Shown: positions 31,065-33,137 of the stretch, piece after piece
How positions within the stretch are numbered: the first letter of the stretch is position 1
Layout of the letters: each line of letters opens with the position of its first letter
NCBI GenBank assembly: GCA_043806035.1
Contig: JAZDHK010000015.1
Span: 1 to 33,137, forward strand
Length of the DNA stretch: 33,137 nt
DNA from: an archaeon
GTDB taxonomy: Archaea; Nanobdellota; Nanobdellia; Woesearchaeales; UBA9642
Reading direction: 5' to 3'
Translations under genes and position numbers: made by a program
Notes under the pieces: generated by a model
What the model saw: only the letters and a program-made list of their open reading frames with translations
Database searches by the model: none
What the model was told of the DNA's origin: nothing

Positions 31065-31847
31065 ATGCACATCAAGGAATTCCTGCAGCTCGTCTTCCAG
31101 AGTTTGCTGCTACACAAGTACAAAGAGCTCGTCCAGAAGCAGTTCAGGCATGCTGTGCAGTTCTTCTTCCTCATCATCATCTTCGGGATACTCATCATGT
31201 GCCTGCTCCTCATCCCAAAGATCATCTTCTTCCAGGAGAGCATCGGCAACAGCCTCGGCCAGTTCGACAGTCTCAAGATAACCCTGGATGTACGGGCGGA
31301 CCATCCTGTCAAGCTCATGGACCATCCCACCATCGTACTCGACTACAACAAGAGCAAGCTCACGAACGAGGACGTGCTCATCACCGAACAGTTCATCTAT
31401 TACAAGACCCATCCGTTGCTCAAGACAAAAGCGATAAACTTCACTGCCGACTATGACGTCCTGCAGCATAAGGAAGCTGTGCAGAAAAACATGCTGCTGT
31501 TGTTCATGCTCATCCTGCCCGCCGTGCTCGTCATCATCTTCGCCATCAGCATCATCAAATACATCGTGCTCATGCTTGTGCTAACTATTCTTGCATGGAT
31601 CATCGCTAGGATCCGGCAGAGCGGCCTCAAATTCGCGACCATCCTCAAAGTCAGCACGTTCACGCTCACCATCCCCGTCATCTTCGACATCGTCCTGCTG
31701 CCCTACCTGAGAATTTGGTGGCTCTCTCCTGCACTCTACGTCCTCTTCTTCTCGCTAGCGCTGCTCACGCTGTCAGAGAAGTCGTTCTCAGAAATGAAGC
31801 ACAAGGACCTCTTCCGGAAAGGGAAGAAAAAGAGAGAAGAAGAGTGA
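31065..31847 (+). CDS. membrane protein (DUF1189-like topology)
   Basis: One N-terminal TM, a soluble loop and several C-terminal TMs. ATG 31065 follows TTTTAAAT. Confidence 0.65.
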   Translation: MHIKEFLQLVFQSLLLHKYKELVQKQFRHAVQFFFLIIIFGILIMCLLLIPKIIFFQESIGNSLGQFDSLKITLDVRADHPVKLMDHPTIVLDYNKSKLTNEDVLITEQFIYYKTHPLLKTKAINFTADYDVLQHKEAVQKNMLLLFMLILPAVLVIIFAISIIKYIVLMLVLTILAWIIARIRQSGLKFATILKVSTFTLTIPVIFDIVLLPYLRIWWLSPALYVLFFSLALLTLSEKSFSEMKHKDLFRKGKKKREEE

Positions 31848-31922
31848 ACTCACAATCAGTAATCACTAATGAGTAGTAAAAATAAAAAGGTTTATGAACT
31901 TGGTGAATGTACTGTCTTTTGC

Positions 31923-32975
31923 ATGTATACACAAGATCAGGTGCAACGCTTTGCAGAGGAATTCCATGCGGGTGTAATGCAAAGACTAGATAAACACTTA
32001 CCTCTGCCACCCTTGGTTCCTGCAGAAAAATTCACGACGGATCAACACGCCAAGATATTCCAATTTTATGCGGCGAAACAAAACTATCTGATGAAAAAAC
32101 ACGATCCATTACATTCTAACGGAGAGGGATATGAACTGGAAATTCAAGTTATTGATGAAACAATTGCACAGCTGTTGCATGCACGAGAAAATACACTACC
32201 CGGAGATTGCCGTGCAGCTTGGCTGCCTCTCGAAAAACGCGTACTGTACACTCCTGAAGAAAAGTCTTTACCTATTCTTTTGGCTCACGAACTCATTCAC
32301 TACTACAGGGATGCTCTTGTAGGAATAACGATATCGGAGGATTTTGTTCATGAAGGAATAACTTTACCAAAAGCCAGACTTGAAGTAATTGAATTTCCTG
32401 CATTACTCTCTCCACTCATCATAGCAGATGTTCTTCCCCAGTATGCCACAGAGATGATCTATCAGGGTGCGCACTACCCGACTATGAGCGAACTTGAACA
32501 ACTGCACAGTGTGTTTAAAGGGCAAATAGCAAAAACCATGCTCAATAATATAACTCAGAGGATTAATGAACTACGAATAATTCCTTTACCTGGTCAAAAC
32601 AACAGCATGAGTTTTAGTCTTTATTTGTCCCTTTTTCCTGAAAGAACACTGGCAACTTTTGAATCTTCGTCTCTCAATAGAACGCCTCAGTCAAAACAAC
32701 GGTTCTCATCGTTAAGAACGGATTCTGGAATCAGAGGAGCATTTAATTCGGATTACGCATATCTTATTTCCATGCTTGCTATTGAAACATATAAGGATCA
32801 ATTGAGAGCAACATGGCCACAGGTACTCAAAAGTTCTTATGCAGAAATCGATGATACGTATATCCTGCCAGTACAAAGAAAAGTTGAAGGTATGCGGAAG
32901 CTTGGTTTTATGAACTGGATTGAAGAAGCACTGGCTCGTAGAAAATTCAGAAAACTATCTAGAGCCGTGCCTTAA
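31923..32975 (+). CDS. hypothetical protein with HExxH zinc-metallopeptidase motif
   Basis: ILLAHELIH with a downstream IEF. ATG 31923 follows AAAAGGTTTATGAA. Confidence 0.65.
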   Translation: MYTQDQVQRFAEEFHAGVMQRLDKHLPLPPLVPAEKFTTDQHAKIFQFYAAKQNYLMKKHDPLHSNGEGYELEIQVIDETIAQLLHARENTLPGDCRAAWLPLEKRVLYTPEEKSLPILLAHELIHYYRDALVGITISEDFVHEGITLPKARLEVIEFPALLSPLIIADVLPQYATEMIYQGAHYPTMSELEQLHSVFKGQIAKTMLNNITQRINELRIIPLPGQNNSMSFSLYLSLFPERTLATFESSSLNRTPQSKQRFSSLRTDSGIRGAFNSDYAYLISMLAIETYKDQLRATWPQVLKSSYAEIDDTYILPVQRKVEGMRKLGFMNWIEEALARRKFRKLSRAVP

Positions 32976-33137
32976 AGAATACGTTTTCGATGAGCTCAGT
33001 ATCTCCGATAGGGTTAGGTCGTAGAATTCTCTACTGTGTGGTGTAGAGAAAAATCAATGCAGGAGTTCCTGCATTGACTCTTCTTGTAGTAATTACAGTT
33101 TTCCACATCCATAATTACAGTGACTACATCCGTGCAG

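Noticed and set aside
33014-33137. Open minus-strand frame at the window end
   Set aside because: It is probably the 3' end of a gene outside the window and is too short to identify.

Overview
This is a chromosomal window from an archaeon, most likely DPANN (Woesearchaeota-like). The evidence is the archaeal 16S/23S sequences with divergent primer sites, BRE/TATA promoters, secF-secD gene order and a class III signal-peptide gene. The core is a minus-strand 16S - tRNA-Ala(UGC) - 23S operon with no 5S in the window. The 23S carries a 264-nt ORF-less group I intron at E. coli site L1931, and the spacer tRNA-Ala carries a 76-nt bulge-helix-bulge intron in the T-loop (59/60). Also present are nadA, a NUDIX hydrolase, MNT-HEPN and PIN/RHH toxin-antitoxin-type genes, an MgtC/DUF4010 protein, a MazG-like protein, a yidD-like gene, a Ser/Thr kinase, a HAD hydrolase, an intact 897-bp IS5-family element (13-bp TIRs, 9-bp target duplication), secF/secD, tRNA-Val(GAC), a methyltransferase, a GNAT and many hypotheticals. 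Two items stand out. One is a sigma-54 (RpoN) homologue that appears to lack the core-binding domain and sits behind an archaeal TATA box. The other is an HD-GYP domain fused to a CitG-like domain, divergent from a CheD/CNF1-like protein and a HAD. Several other bacterial-type or effector-like genes are also present: ADP-ribosyltransferase-like ORFs, a beta-signal-ending secreted protein and lipobox proteins. All protein assignments come from motif recognition by eye, not database searches.
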